From: Steroidobacteraceae bacterium | GTDB taxonomy: Bacteria > Pseudomonadota > Gammaproteobacteria > Steroidobacterales > Steroidobacteraceae | Assembly (NCBI GenBank): GCA_049691655.1 | Contig: JBAVOB010000061.1 | Coordinates: 1-44,323 of the forward strand | DNA length: 44,323 bases | Direction: 5' to 3' | Part shown: piece by piece, positions 43,646-44,323 of the stretch | Layout of the letters: every line of letters begins with the position of its first letter | Position numbering within the stretch: the stretch's first letter is position 1 | The notes under the pieces: generated by a model | The model's input: the letters and a program-made list of their open reading frames with translations, nothing else | What the model was told of the DNA's origin: nothing | The model's database searches: none | Program-made: the position numbers and the translations under genes

Positions 43646-43933
43646 CGTGCTGACCTTGAGCGTCTCGATGCCCCGGAGATCGACCTTTCTCTTTGCCTGC
43701 CACAGATCGTGACTGTGCTGCATGGCAAGCCAACTCTCGGCGGAGCGACCGAGACACTTCGACAGACGCAGAGCCATCTCTGGAGTAACGCTGCTGGCAC
43801 CAGTCAAAACACGGTTGAGAGTGGACGGCGACACCCTGAGCTTGGCCGCCAGCTCGCGACCGCTGATGCCATTCGGCTCAAGATACACCGCAGCAATGAA
43901 CTCGCCCGGGTGAGGAGGGTTATGCATGGCCAT
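43640..43933 (-). CDS. higA: HigA family antitoxin (XRE-type HTH)
   Basis: PPHPGEFIAAVYLEPNGISGRELAAKLRVSPSTLNRVLTG ... SPEMALRLSK is canonical HigA. The TAA stop is embedded in GCCTAAC, the R'' of the attC. Confidence 0.9.
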   Translation of the reverse strand: MAMHNPPHPGEFIAAVYLEPNGISGRELAAKLRVSPSTLNRVLTGASSVTPEMALRLSKCLGRSAESWLAMQHSHDLWQAKRKVDLRGIETLKVSTA

Positions 43934-44211
43934 CAGTGATAGTCCTCATAGTCCAACAAATAGGCCTGTCCGTCTCTGAACTCGAATGTCAGACGCCAAT
44001 TGCCATTGACCCAAACCGACCAACGGCCCCGTTCGGACCCTCTCAGCGGATGCAGCCTGAATCCTGGAATATCCATATCGCCAATGACTTGCGCAGTCTC
44101 CAGGGCTATCAACAGCATCCGCAGTCGTCTCGCATGCTTCGGCTGGATGCCTCCCAAACTGCCGGCTTCATAGAAGCGGCGCAGCCCCTTGTGCCGAATC
44201 GATTGGATCAC
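43933..44211 (-). CDS. higB: HigB-type toxin (RelE/ParE superfamily, plasmid maintenance system killer)
   Basis: IQSIRHKGLRRFYEAGSLGGIQPKHARRLRMLL ... RLHPLRGSERGRWSVWVNGNWRLTFEF ... DYEDYH. The toxin-first order with a 1-nt overlap (TGATG) is typical of higBA. Confidence 0.9.
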   Translation of the reverse strand: MIQSIRHKGLRRFYEAGSLGGIQPKHARRLRMLLIALETAQVIGDMDIPGFRLHPLRGSERGRWSVWVNGNWRLTFEFRDGQAYLLDYEDYH

Positions 44212-44217
44212 GCGCGG

Positions 44218-44246
44218 AGTGTAGCACGTTGCGCATCACGCAACAA
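44218..44246 (-). promoter_or_regulatory. Putative higBA cassette promoter with operator palindrome
   Basis: On the minus strand it reads TTGTTG, a 17-nt spacer, TACACT, then 6 nt before the GTG start. The inverted repeat GTTGCG-tgatg-CGCAAC (44228-44244) overlaps the -35 and the spacer. Confidence 0.5.
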
Positions 44247-44249
44247 GCG

Positions 44250-44323
44250 GCTTAACGCTCGCGTTGAGCGGCCGGGCACGCCGCCTGAACAGGCGCCGCG
44301 GGCGCAAACTGCCTTAGCGCCCG
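44250..44323 (-). repeat. attC site, partial (R' GTTAAGC at 44250-44256; R'' probably beyond window edge)
   Basis: The L'-R' half (cggccgctcaacgcgagcGTTAAGC) is nearly identical in design to attC 41047..41125 (cggccgctcaactcgagcGTTGGGC). Confidence 0.55.

Larger units (their letters stand above)
36669..44323 (-). mobile_element. Integron gene-cassette array (attC-bounded cassettes; no intI/attI in window, expected beyond 44323)
   Basis: Twelve attC or attC-like sites are readable on the minus strand. Each starts with RYYYAAC next to an ORF stop, ends with GTTRRRY just before the next ORF, and has imperfect internal dyad symmetry. All cassette ORFs are co-oriented. Two TA cassettes are present. 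Confidence 0.85.

Noticed and set aside
1-44323. I searched the window for an integron integrase (intI), attI or any tyrosine recombinase or transposase.
   Set aside because: No ORF shows recombinase or transposase motifs. The array orientation places intI beyond the right edge, so none is reported.

Overview
This is a high-GC, proteobacteria-like chromosomal segment. It is densely packed with small, mostly minus-strand genes for accessory enzymes: VOC/glyoxalase, GFA, GNAT, cupin, NTF2/SnoaL, MAPEG, MDR oxidoreductases and DUF families, many present as several paralogs.

The main result is at the right end, about 36.7-44.3 kb. It is an integron gene-cassette array read on the minus strand. 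I can read about 12 attC sites directly (R'' RYYYAAC ... R' GTTRRRY). They separate one- or two-gene cassettes, including HigBA and BrnTA toxin-antitoxin cassettes that carry their own promoter-like sequences. No integrase or attI is in the window. The orientation puts them beyond 44,323, so within this window the array is a CALIN or the distal part of a chromosomal integron. The attC sites degrade towards the left end.

Other content:
- An alkB-rubredoxin pair, where the rubredoxin is missing from the ORF track, lies convergent with a periplasmic PQQ dehydrogenase.
- There is a crcB-DUF190 fluoride module, a beta-carbonic anhydrase and aqpZ.
- A CadC-like regulator lies divergent from a DUF4242/secreted-protein operon.
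- An island that looks more A/T-rich encodes secreted proteins.
- Several decayed genes are present: internal deletions, frameshifts, gene fragments and one in-frame stop.

All calls come from reading the translations and the DNA by eye. No searches were run. Many long ORFs in the track are high-GC shadow frames and were ignored.
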